Assembly (NCBI GenBank): GCA_009103225.1
Contig: RHPI01002990.1
Span: 834,341-898,340, forward strand
Direction of reading: 5' to 3'
Origin: Chlorokybus atmophyticus
Lineage: Eukaryota; Plantae; Mesostigma and Chlorokybus algae
DNA: 64,000 nucleotides
Both the position numbers and the translations under genes were made by a program. Within the stretch, counting starts at the first letter, position 1, and each line of letters opens with the position of its first letter. Shown here one piece after another: positions 13,131 to 25,128 of this stretch. The notes beneath the pieces are model-generated. The model had not been told where the DNA came from. It did not search any database and saw only the letters and a list, made by a program, of their open reading frames with translations.

Positions 13131-13834
13131 TTACAAATCAGTGCGGTGGCCAGGGATGTCCCTCGGCTCTGTCCGCTTCTTGGCCTCCATGACGTTGGTC
13201 GGCAGGCCGGCCTGCTGTGCGTACTTCTTGAAGTCCTCGTATGCATGCGGGTCAGCGGACGAACCCTGCAAGCATCGCGGCAGTACGTGTGCGTGAATTA
13301 CACATAAGAATGCCCAGTACTGACTTGGTGGTGTCATTCAAGATAAGCAGCATCCATCAAGAATGCAGAGAGGACTTGACTGCTGCAGAAAGATAATGTG
13401 TGCACACACAAACATGCCTACTTGCAAAGTTTGCGCGTGTCTGTTTCACACCTTTCTTTGGGGCTGCTTCTGCTCGTAAACCAACTCCTGAGGTGTAGGG
13501 AACTCCTCCTTTTCCTCCCACTACGTCAACCGCAGTGAATCAGAATAGTGCAACGTCCTACTGCTACGTACTAGTAGCAGAAACAAGGCAAGCATGTGGT
13601 GACAGATGCATGCGGCCCATGCACGTCTCGATTTGGAGAAACATCAATTGTGGTTGATGTACTGTAGCATCCCTGTGAGCATGCCTTTTTATTGGATGAT
13701 CTTGACTGAAAAATTGAAGACACCCATCAAGCCTTGCACAACAAGAACAAACTTGAAAGGAGCTTTGCTCGTACCTTCTTCAAGTTGTGCAGGAAGGGGT
13801 CCTGCTCAGCGGGGTCGTTTCCTCCTGAGGCCAT
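13131..13834 (-). CDS. Small hypothetical protein, spliced; middle exons uncertain
   Basis: Last exon after a TTGCAG acceptor encodes GSSADPHAYEDFKKYAQQAGLPTNVMEAKKRTEPRDIPGHRTDL*, with GC3-rich codons. Candidate first exon MASGGNDPAEQDPFLHNLKK|GTACGA. Candidate internal exon WEEKEEFPTPQELVYEQKQPQRK. Confidence 0.5.
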
Positions 13835-15569
13835 GTCAAGGGACTCTACAACACCGCCCAACAGTTTTGCCAAATGCGGAAGAAAAAGCCAAGTTTCAGC
13901 TGAGCCACACACAGAACCACAACGCGCATGCGTTGCTGTGCATAGGCGTATGGCCACCCACACTAACACAAAGGAGACCAAACCCAAGCACAACCAATTT
14001 AAACGTACAACCAACCAGACTCACCTTTGCGGGTGTCTCACTGACTCTCGGTCAACATCAACCTTCTTTCTCAGATTCTGTATCTACCACTGCAATGTCG
14101 CATGCACAGTGGCAAAGCAGACAATGCAACGCAAAGCGTCCAAGTCCGAGAATTGACCACTGTCATATCCGCCACGTCGGACGAAAGGTGTCAGATCTGA
14201 CGGTTTCTGACAATTGGGTCCAGCGCTGTAGCTATTGTTGTCGTTGCTGGCAGGCGTTGTCGGCAGCGTTGTCGCGGGGGCGTTGACGCTAATCTCGTCT
14301 TGAAACGGTTCGAGTGGAACCCCCTCAGCACTAGCCGTTGAGCCGACGCGGGAATTTTTGAACCTTGTCCTGAACACACTCCGTAGATCACAATTATAGC
14401 ATTCAGACTCCAGCACCCAAGTTGCGCACGCTCGTACTCGCATGAACATTCCTGATTGCGAGCTTGAAGAGAAAGCAGAGTTGCCGGGTTTGGGACTCAA
14501 ACTGCCACTGGTGTGTGGTCTCCCGCGCTTTGGGTATTTTCACGGTTTGCAGGCGTCGCAAGGCGTTGGTTAGGGCCAGGCTAACGCGGTTACATGGGGC
14601 CAGCAAATTGCGCAAAAGCGGCATGCGGAGCACGAGAACACGGGTTAAGTGACTGTTGAGGCTGGCTTTGAGACCGGTTGGGTGCTGTTGTAACAACAGA
14701 GTTTAGCCAAGCAGCGTTAGATTTCGCGCCAATATCGTCTAGGCGGCGGCAGCGGTGGGGACGGCGGCCTGGGCGGAGTGGGCGGCGGACGGGTTGTTGC
14801 AGGCGCCAGGGGACTGGAGGAGGGTATCTGGCAGCCGTCTATTAGCTCCGCCGCATGGATGGGTCGCTTGCAGCGACGGGCGGTGGGCAGCTTGTCTAGG
14901 GTTACGGGCTGACAGCCCAGGCGGGCTTTAGCGGAGCTGAGGCTTGGCTTGAGGCGGAGGCTGGTAGGTCTTGGATCCTGGCAACGCTGTTATCACGCTG
15001 CCCGTCTTGGGCAGCTTGACGCGTTGCCCAAAAAAGAGGGGCTTGATGCCCCATCATACCGCTGAGGGTGCAAGCTGGTATGGCAACTCGGGCGCTGACG
15101 ATTGCTGCTCAGGTCAGCTTTGAACTGTTTACTGCATGCTTGCATTCCTGCGTGTGCCGTGCCCACCGCACGCCACGCGATCTTTTTAAGACCGTATGCA
15201 GCTGTGCGCTGTTTCTTGCCCTCTATGTTCTTGATGGGTACCCTGCTGCTACTGCTTTAGATTCTGGTAAGCGTGCGATCACTTAGCTTGCGATCATAGG
15301 TGTGGCTGCTTCTGCTCATTCCATCGCTGTGGTCTGTGGTTACGTGTGGCATGTAACTTGATAAGCAGCCCAGAGCGTTTGGTCCTCTCAGGCAGTCATA
15401 CAACAACTATTCTGTACAGATTGGCTTCCTCAATGCGATTGCACTGCGTGCATTGTGTAGCATCCAGGTTTCTATTGCGTTCCAGGCTTGTTTGATGTGC
15501 TAACTAGCATGGTCATCCATATCATTGAGGCTTATGTGCCACATGCTGCGCGTGGAATAGAGGTACGCA

Positions 15570-18106
15570 ATGGCGGCACGCAATACCGTGCAAATCAAAG
15601 AAGAAGAGCCGTATTCGGGCAGTCAGTCCAGCGCTGTCTGCGACGAGAACAGCATACTGGAGCAAGAGTTCCTCCGCGACATGGAAGAGCTCGGTGCCCT
15701 CGAACACTGCAATGACATTGGACTCGTGCAGAATGGACACATCCCTTCATTAAGAAGCAATGGTGAGTGAAGAGCCGGTATGTCAACATAGCAACCAAGG
15801 CAAGCAATGTCGATTGTGTTGCGCTGCTACGAGTCCCGTCTGCAGCAGTCCCTTGCCACAAGGATGCATCGGCTGCACACTCTGCCGGCAGAGTAATCAG
15901 CTGCACACTCTGCTGTGCATACTGTGCAGCTGATGCATCCCTGCTGCGTTGCAACAGGGATGGTTCAGCTGCACTCTGCTGGCAACTTCGTCCAGCATAC
16001 TGTGCAGCTGATCACTCCTGCACAGCAGTGGTCAGCTGTGTAAGCAGTCTGCATTCCAACAAGGATTTATTAGCTGCAGTGTGCAGCTAGTAGTGCAGAA
16101 GAGTGTGCAGCAGCGATCAGCTGGTTAGCTGTGTAAAGCCATCAGTTGTCTGTGTGCTGCTGGCAAGAGCCACCACACATTGTATTCTGTGCTGCTTGGA
16201 CTGATGAACCGCATGCTCAGACACAGCGGGCTGGTCGGGCCAGCAACGCGCACGAGTCATACCCTTCAAGGCTCAGCCTCAACGGCTGCATTTGAATCCC
16301 GAGTCTCCCGCTCGCCAACCACCCAGTATTTATGCCCCCTCCCCCGTTAAGGGCGGGTTCCCATTGCTTGACCACGTCGGCAGGGGACCCTACTCGAACG
16401 GAATCAACACTGTTGCCGCCTCGTTGGCCGCAGCAGCTCCACAGTCGGTCATTTCAATGGACTCCCTGACAGAGTCTGCTCGAAGGCGCCTTGACGAAGC
16501 CGTCGATGATCTAGACTCACCGCGTGCAATGGATAGCGACTTGCTGTTGAGCGGCGGCCAGTCTGTCATGTAAGCAGCCAGCTACAAGGTGATGGCCAGC
16601 TAACTGTGATTTTGGGCTGATGAAGGATTACTCTGTATCATTCAGGAACTCGTCAAAGAAACGAGCGGCGCGTTCGTCGCTTCAAGACAAGAATGCTAAA
16701 GGCCTGCGCCATTTTGCTTTGGCAGGCAAGTGTCCTGCTGCACGTGCCGCTAACACAGCGGCTTGCTGGCTGATTTGATTGATACCCTCAGTTGCCAAGA
16801 AAGTTGAGGAGAAAGGGACTACCAGCTATAATGAGGTAAGTCAGTGGCTGACACGCCAGCTTGCGTACAGCAAGTGCCCTCGTTGTCATGGTACCTGGAC
16901 ACACTGCCGTTGCAGTAATGTGTGCGCTATGTGCAGGTTGCGGATGAGCTTGTTGCAGAGGTGTTGAGCCCAGATAACATGATGCACGATGATAAAAGTC
17001 AGGTACTTGGTGGCTGTCGCACATGTGCAGACAGCACGCGTTCTGTCCGTTGCTCTACCAATGCATGCTGGCAGCATAGTGACTGTCGGTATCGTGCAGC
17101 CTTGTGATGAGAAGAACATCAGGCGCAGGGTTTATGATGCCCTCAACGTCATGATGGCCATCAATGTCATAACCAGGGAGAAGAAGGAGATACAGTGGAA
17201 AGGCCTGCCAGTCACGATGAGCGAAAGCGACCTGTCAGAATTGAAGGTCAGTCTGTTCTGCTGCATTGCTCACTGTCATTGTGTCCAATGACCACCTTGC
17301 ATATCTGTTGACATGAACAGGTATTGGCTGATGTTCAGTGTCACTGATGCGCCAACCTGCTTTTGGCTTGCAGGATAGGAAGGCTAAGGCTGAACAAAAG
17401 ATTTCTCGTATGAAAGCCTACCTTCAAGAGCTGACAGCTCAAGTATGGCTAGCATGGTTTTGAATAATTGGTCAAGAAGGGCATGCCTGTGCATTCGTAG
17501 TTGATCGTCACACAGCACTGACCTTGTCGTTGCAACCGTGTTTTCAATGCAGTACACCGCTCTTCAGTGTCTGATAGATAGAAACCAAAGAAATGAAGAC
17601 GAAGGAAAAGCCAGTGAAGGCATTAGTTTGCCTTTCATCCTTGTACAGGTGATACTTATCAACATTTTTCTGCCCTTTGCATTGCCTGCCATGTTGTGCA
17701 GACATGTGTGTATGAAAAGTTGGCACTGAATTGTGTTCACGCAGACCCAACCCCAAGCTATTGTGAAAGTAGAGATGTCTGAGTGCAGGCAAGTCATCAA
17801 CTGTGACTTCTCAAGGTATGAACATCATTAATCAAGTTTGGCGGTTCTTCTGCTGCATGTGATAGCAAGCGGCTGACTGTGGTTGATGCTCGCAGTTCCC
17901 CTTTTCAAGTGCACGATGAACAGTTCGTCCTCAAGTGCATGGGCCTGTGCGATGAACAACGACTGCGCACTCAGCGGCAGCAGCGACAGCAGCCGATACT
18001 GCTGCATCAACAGCAACAGCAGCAACCCGTCTGGCGACCCATCTCAACACTCAACGCCCGGTCCAACGGCGTCACACAGAGCCCTGCGAGGTCCAGAGTA
18101 AGGTAG
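15570..18106 (+). CDS. DP: E2F dimerization partner (DP) transcription factor
   Basis: [29 protein letters not shown]; DEF box [35 protein letters not shown]; DP domain [22 protein letters not shown]...[19 protein letters not shown]. One GC-AG intron at 16726-16791. Confidence 0.95.
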
Positions 18107-18805
18107 AGGTTGACCTGAGCCAGGCTTAGTGCACAATGATTGTACTTGCCTGAGTCTTCCACACTTGCCTTTCACATTGGTTTGCCGCCAATAATGCCGA
18201 GGCGGTTTTAGTTTGTACCTTACTGCGTACTCTTGGTACCAGTCATGCCTAAGTTAAATGATATGAGAATTATTACGACCTGCAGTGTGATGCCTTCATT
18301 CTACAGATGAGCTGTCAGTCATTACTGAAATCGTGTAAGCGCGAGTTGGCAATATTCATTGCTAACATCGGTGCCTAACAGTGGGTCCTATCCTGGTGCA
18401 AAAGCCTTATACAGTAGCGATGTCACTTGTTAACCTCATCAACTTGTTGTTTGCACAATGTGCATCATACCCTTGCCGCGCAGCAGCACCTAACATCACT
18501 CGTGACAGCGGTTTTGTTTATGCACATCCGAAATTCACACTACGCCTGATGAACATACAAACATGACCGCAAGGATTTGAGTTGACATGCGCCACCCTTC
18601 TGAGTATCTCTCAAGTCCCACTCCAATTGTGATCGACCCATACAACACTACTATTGACATGTACACGGGTGCACAGGGGTAAGGAACATGCTCTCAGCAC
18701 AAAACAAGGCTGTAGTCATGCAACGCATTCAGATGACAAGCACTGCGCACTTGTTGCATGGTGTGCAACAAAATCAATTTCAAGGTGCTGCTGTGCCTAA
18801 CTAGC

Positions 18806-20188
18806 TTACGGCTGGAAAGCTTCCAGGATCCTGAAGTGCATTGTGAGACTCGGCCGCTCTCCCTCAAAATACAGGACCTCCTTCGGTCTGCAGCCTGCTT
18901 CAGTCAGCAGTGCAACTGAACGGTTCTTTTCCTCCTCAATCCAATGCCGGTTGCGATCTGTCCACTGCCGGGGCGTGCCATGGAACACCAAGCTCATGGG
19001 TCTCACAGCAGCCGCGTGTGCAATCCCAGCAATCGTCTGCGGGTCAGTCAGGTAAGCCCCGCGGCAGTTTAACCCCACATCCACGTAATGGACCGCCTCA
19101 ATAGACTCAAGCAGCGCTCTCGTCCTTGGCAGCAAACCTTGCGGTGCGTGTGCGTGCTTGGACGCCATCTCATCATTGACCTACAGCAAAGTTGTGGATG
19201 TCGGAAAAGGCAGTGGCGTAGCAATGAAGTATCCAGTAGGTGCATGCGCAGCAGGACGTGTGCGTGTATGTGTCAATACCTGTACATCACCCGAAAGCAA
19301 AGCGAGCTCCGTTAAGAGCTGATTGAGTACCACCCCGCCTTTGCTGAAACCAATACAAATGGTCGGGTCGGCACGTGGACCGTAGTGTTCTGGTGTGTGA
19401 ACCAGCAGCTGCCTCTTGGGACACGAGCGGATAGCTGCCAGCTGCGCTATCTTGGTTGCGGCGTCATTGAGGAGCTCGGCTAAATGTGTTGCAGCAGGGT
19501 ATCTTGCTGGTGAGTAACCCAGAGGGTCCCCATGCTTGGTCATTGCGGGGATAAAGTTGTCGTAGCATGCAAAGCTCTGCTCGTATCTTGCTGGTGAGAC
19601 TACCCATATATCTGATGCTTTGGGAGGTTGTTCCCTGCACGTCAACTTCATCATCCATGCATGCAGGAACAAGAACAAGAACAGCAAAGATGAAAAGGTT
19701 GACTCAGCATTTCAGGGTGCTGGAAACCATGCAGACGAGAAAACTTCTTTATATACACAAGTACAGTACCACAGGTGCCTTCTGTTGCCTCACCATGCAG
19801 CACGAATTGGGCTGGCTGGCACAGTGGGAGGGTTATCAAACTTGGCTGCAAGCATCCTAGCTACATTTATTGGCTGGCGCAAACGAAGAACAGCCTCATG
19901 CGCCTGCAGATCTAATATGTCTTCGGGAATGTCATCACCCATGAAAAACACCACTCTACATGTGGGCCCCTGCGAAGAGCTTCAATACAAAAGAAAACCA
20001 CAACATGCCACCAGGTAGACAGTGTACCAACACGCGTTGGTGATAAGCTGCAACAGATAGCAGGCAACACATCGCACAACCAAAAGCTCTGTCAAACTGA
20101 CCTCGGGATGGAGAGCGTAATGGAGTAAGTTGCTGTGCCCATTTGAGCCTGTTGCCACTAACTGCCCGCACAGGCGCTGCATGGCCAT
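18806..20188 (-). CDS. C2orf69: C2orf69/UPF0565-like protein (hydrolase-like fold)
   Basis: VVFFMGD, WVVSPARYEQSFACYDNF, CIGFSKGGVVLNQLLTEL, IEAVHYVDVGLNCRGAYLTD, FHGTPRQWTDRNRHWIEEEK, RPSLTMHFRILEAF. Exons join in frame. Confidence 0.85.
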
Positions 20189-20379
20189 GCCTGCTGCGGT
20201 TTTCTTCTCTTCTAAGAGGAAGGCCTCACACACACATACACACACTGTAGCATGCCACTTCCACTGTTCAGCAACCACACAGGCAATGCCCTACAACGTT
20301 CCCAGCTGCTCAGTCAATCGATGCCATCTGGATGGATGCTGTCTCGCCCACCTGCCACACCAGTCGCAACATATATCCT

Positions 20380-21065
20380 TCAGCCGAGTTGAGACAAGCC
20401 TTGGGCCACATCAACAATCTGTGGTCATAGCCCAAACACGACTAAACATATGTCTGGATACTGCCAGCTCGCAACGAGAGCGGAGGGTCAACCAGGAACT
20501 GCTTTGACCAGTGACTACATAAAACCAGCATTGCAAGGACTTTACGTCGGAGGATAGAAGATTTGCTTTTCGAGTTGCCAGCAAACCGGCAGACAAAGCA
20601 TAGATGGGCCAAAGCACGACGAGGAGTTGATACTTGAAAGGTTCGACAACCTTGACTGCGTTTAGATCAGACCAATGGTGAATGCATCCCGTTGTGACAC
20701 GACAACTTTAGCCACCATACAGCTGTACATGCATGCATGCATGCATGTATAGATGTATGATGGCTAAAGCCTACAGCACCTGCCAAAGCCAGGAAAGCAA
20801 CCACCCACAAACTGCTAGCACATAATAACGCCACCACACAACTCGCCTTTCCAGCATGTGACGACGCCATTTTGGAAGTGACTTGGAGGACGGAGTCAAA
20901 GAGATCGACAGCCCCGCCTCCGATATCCACCATGCGGTGGCCGGCCTGGACCAGCGGCTCGCCCAGGTCCAGCAGCGCCCCAGCTGCCGCGACCACCAGC
21001 GTCAGCAGCCACAGCGCCGCCGACACGGCGCGCCTCTTCCACGAACGCCACGCCGCCGTCCACAT
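20380..21065 (-). CDS. Possible small membrane protein of unknown function (tentative gene model)
   Basis: ORF from ATG 21065 has hydrophobic stretches (AVSAALWLLTLVVAAAGALL; VVALLCASSLWVVAFLALA) and a phase-compatible next exon (VKVVEPFKYQLLVVLWPIYALSAGLL). No family recognised. Confidence 0.3.
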
Positions 21066-21244
21066 GGGATGGACACGCCTTCACCCGCACAAGCCAGGCG
21101 CCGCCGCCGCCGCCGCCGCCGTCGACCACAACCTCAACCACAATGACGACCAGTTTATCTACAGGCTTGCTTACGAGCTCAGCAATATTCGCAGCTGTAA
21201 GCTTGTTGCTGTGTTTGTTATATTTCTAGGCGCAAGCTGGAGGC

Positions 21245-24104
21245 ATGGCGGAGGTGGGCGTGCTGGCGGAGCAGTACGTCAAGCTGGTGCTGGCGCTGGG
21301 CAAGCACGACGAGAGCTACGTGGACGCCTACTATGGCCCCAAGGAGTGGGCGGAGCAGCCGGCGCCGCCGCTACCTGCTGTCCTGGCCGCCGCCCAGCAG
21401 GTAAGCTTCATGCATTGGACTACTGCTTTGCTGCTTGCCTTTGTCTGCTGCACACATGCATGCAGGCATGCTAAGTCCTGAGGAATGCTGCAATGTATGC
21501 TGCTTCTCTGCAATAGCACGCAGCATGCCAACGATCAGCATCTCATGCAATGCTTCTTCAATGCTGCTGCATGCACATTCAACTTGCACTTGCGAGGCAT
21601 TGTGATTTGATCTTAGCTTCGTCACTCGTGCCAATCAGCAGTGCATGCACTCTATACCATATGCAGACGGTAGCAGTGTCTGGTGTTTGAGTAGTAAACT
21701 GTACGAAAACAGTCCCGCACACTGAACAAGTTCTGGGCTGTGAAAGCGCATGCTCAATGTTTGTGGCACATGCTTTGACATACCGTGCATGGTTGACATC
21801 AAGACATGCGGGCAGTTCCTATTGTAAAAGCTAAGCTTGATGTTAGAGCATTCTATGGTGACTGCAGCTGCTGGCGGATGTGGCTGCCACACCATCAGAA
21901 GATGCAGACTCTTCTTACCGTTTGAAGTTCCTGCTGAAGCAGCTGCAGGCAATGGTCGCACGAGCTCGCATCCTCTCAGGTTTGCTCCGGGGTCAGCTCT
22001 TGGGCGTGTTTAGGTTAAAGTTGATGCTGTATGCTTACAGTGTCTTCTGTTTGTGTCCAATGCCATCTGTAGTGTTATGTGTACTTTACCATCTTCTTTG
22101 GTGATCAGGCGAAACCATGAGTTTTGATGAGGAGGCACGCGAGATCTTCGACACAACTGTCCCTAGGTTCCCTTCTTCAGAGCAGGTGTGACCTATTTGT
22201 TTCTGACGGTATCAGTAGCCTGCCACGTCACCCAAGGCGTAAGTACGACACTGTGCGCACATGTCTGGTTTGCAACGTTAAACGTCCATGCACAGCATCA
22301 AAGCATCATTACATCAAACAAGTCTGACCTGGCATGCATGCAAAGCCTGCCATGTTTTACTGCATGTCTCGTGCGCACGAACAATTAACTGCTGGCTTCA
22401 GTAGGCTGGACAATGCCGAGCATGAGCTTAACTCTACTTGTCATTTGTCAACGGCGTCACCAGCTTAAGGTTTGATTCTCAGTGTCATTCTGAAAGGCAG
22501 GAACCCCCTGAGCTCCAAGCGTTGGATGCTCTGCTGCCTGAGGCCCCGGGAGGATCAAAGGCGGACGAGAGCAAGGCGGAGGGCTTGGTGCGCCGCTGGG
22601 AACACTTCCGCTCACAGTTTCGTGTGCCGGAGGTGAGGACATGCTGCTTGGACCTGGGCTGGGAGAGAAGGCCCTGTTGTTGATTGTCTGTCCCCACAGT
22701 TACATGCTTTGCATGCAGGACAAGCTAGACGCTGTGTTTAGTGCGGCCTTGGACGAGTCGCGCAAAAGGTCGGCCAAGCACATACAACTGCCTGGTACGT
22801 TGCGCTTTGACAACATGTGCAGTATGTTAAGCAACATGCATTTGTCACTGCCATGCTATGTCGTTGCCCATGTTATGGCATCAAAGCATAACATGTCCAA
22901 CAGTACCATTGTTTGTCATGAGCACGGCTGAATTGACCTTTACCACAGCTGACATTGACAACGCCCTGTCGCTTGCAGACCATGAATCCTTCACTGTGGA
23001 GTATGTCAAAAATAAGCCGTGGACGGGATACAACCGGTACAAAGGTAATGCGCGGTCAGTGATTCAGCTGAACACGGACATCCCCATCACGATTGATCGG
23101 GCCATTGATGTGGCGTGTCACGAGGCCTATCCAGGTCGGTGTTGCAGACATCATGTGGTAATCAGCTTTGTTGCACAAAGAACTAACCACCATCACTTGC
23201 AGGACACCATGTATTCAACACGCTGATGGAGGAAGATCTCTTCATAAAAGCGGGATGGGTGGAGTTCACAGTCTACCCTCTGTACAGCCCGCAAAGCTTG
23301 ATTGCAGAAGGAACTGCCGAATTTGGCATTGAGGTTTGTGGTAATATGCGTGACTGAGTGTCAGTGGAGATTTTAGTAACCAACACGTATGTTCAGTACA
23401 TTAATGAATGCAATGCCTACTCTCTCAGGTAGCATTTCCCACAGATGAAGAGAGGCTGCAATTCGAAAAGGATGTGCTCTTCCCTATAGCTGGCTTGGAT
23501 GCTTCACAAGCAAAGGTGAGTGTACTCGCGTCATATGATCAGAGCCTGTGTTTCTGGCATCTGCTTACCATGCTCAACAGTGGTTGTGTACACTGCCTGA
23601 CGGGCGAAGTCATAATGAGGTGTCCTCCTATGAGCAGTTGTACTTTGAAGCGCGGTCGATTGTAGAAAAGCTTCACATGCAAGAGATAGAAGTGGCCCGG
23701 GATTATCTTGACAAGCGCCTTTCACGGCAAGGCGCTGTTGAAGCCATGGTGAAACGCTGCTTGACAGAGCAGGACCGTGCAGGTAAGATATATGGCTGTT
23801 TGCCAAGCTTTCACAGCAAAGTGCGCATACGCTACATCAACAACGCACATGTGGTCACTGCTTTCCGTGTGCTACATCACAAGCTAACCCATCTTGGGCT
23901 CATGCTTTTGCCTCTGCAGAGAAACGACTCTCCTTTATTGATGCGTATCGGGCATACATCATCAACTATGCGTGGGGTCTGGAACTGGTCCGGCGTTATG
24001 TTGCACGTTGCGGTGGGACCCCCGACCGACCCGATGTGAGGTGGCAGCTGCTGAACGCTATGCTGAGAAGGCCGCCTATGCCGTCGGATATAGTGACTGA
24101 GTAG
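21245..24104 (+). CDS. Bacterial-type DUF885-related putative zinc metallopeptidase, about 10 exons
   Basis: Spliced product: YVKLVLALGKHDESYVDAYYGPKEW ... MSFDEEAREIFD ... FTVEYVKNKPWTGYNRYKG..SVIQLNTDIPITIDRAIDVACHEAYPGHHVFN ... EFTVYPLYSPQSLIAEGTA ... FIDAYRAYIINY ... RWQLL. All junctions are GT-AG and phase-compatible. Confidence 0.85.
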
Positions 24105-24683
24105 GGCGGGTCCTGCCTGGAATTTGGTTGGTATGTGCAGTGCATGCATAGGCATTGTGTTTTGAGCAGAAACTTCACGCAGTGCAGTGCGCACAATGAA
24201 ATGGCCTCGTGACATAACGTGCGATGTGACCTGCAGTTGCTCGATGTTCATGTTGTCGGCCCTCCCAAACTTCGCCATGCTCTCGCCGATTGGCCAACTG
24301 TCAGCAAGCATCACCTACCCAGTGACGGGTACAGACAAGATTTTGCGGTGCAACCTCTCAGCGTGATGTATGAAGACCAGCTGCAATGTGCGCGAAAGGT
24401 GACCGCAGCTGAATTTCATCCAAGTGGGTCTGGACTGGAATGTATGCATGATTGAGTGCCCTGCTTGTGCTGGTTGTGATAGGAGTCAGGAAGCAAGGTT
24501 TAGGCCACTGCTTTTGCAAACTTCTTCGTAAAGTAAACAGTACTTGACCTGCGGCAGTGCTTGCAGTATTCGCATAATTGCATGCGAACTGGTGCTGGCT
24601 TCATGCAAGCATTACTACTACAGCAACTTTGCGTCCATGCTATGTGCCGCTCTCCACGCCTACCTCACACCACAAAACAAAGC

Positions 24684-25128
24684 ATGCAACTACACTACAC
24701 GGCTGCAGCCGCCAGCACTGCGCCCAATTTGGTTGTCGGTGCCATGGGGCCCCAGCCTGGCACCGCCGCCACAACTGCCGCTCCCCGCTCTATCGTAAGG
24801 CCTTGGGCACGCTGCAGTTCGCATGCCACGTGTTGCCTGTACAGCGCAAGAAAGCCAGGCAACCTGCGCAGCGACAGGTCACGTGCGGCGAGTGCTCGTC
24901 GTGCACAGGCATCAATGACATCGTGGAAGGCTTGGCCGAGCATGCCGTACGTCCCCGCCGCCAAAGGGTAGAACATGTCGTTCAGCGGGTGGTCCTGGTA
25001 CTTGCGCCGCTTCGCCTGCTCCGCCGCCCTGGCGGCGCCACCCGGTTGCTCGCCGCAGGCGGTGATGGTCACGTCCCACAACATGCGTATGTCGCGACCC
25101 GGCAAGAGTGGGAGGGTGGTAACAGGTC
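24684..25128 (-). mobile_element. 5'-truncated non-LTR retrotransposon fragment; restriction-like endonuclease (RLE) C-terminus
   Basis: ORF 24695-25105: LWDVTIT..AARAAEQAKRRKY..FYPLAAGTYGMLG..RQHVACELQRAQG, matching the D-V-T / AE-x-x-K-x-x-KY / F-x-P motifs of RLE-clade elements. Intronless and GC-rich. Flanked by CAAAGC at 24678-24683 and 25129-25134 (candidate TSD). Confidence 0.75.

Noticed and set aside
1570-14220. Shared 11-mer CCCAATTGTCA at ~1570 (+) and ~14215 (-)
   Set aside because: Similarity does not extend; compatible with chance.
14400-14460. ECSCEY...GCW as a SWIM finger of a MuDR transposase
   Set aside because: The CxH ending is missing and no other MULE motifs are nearby.
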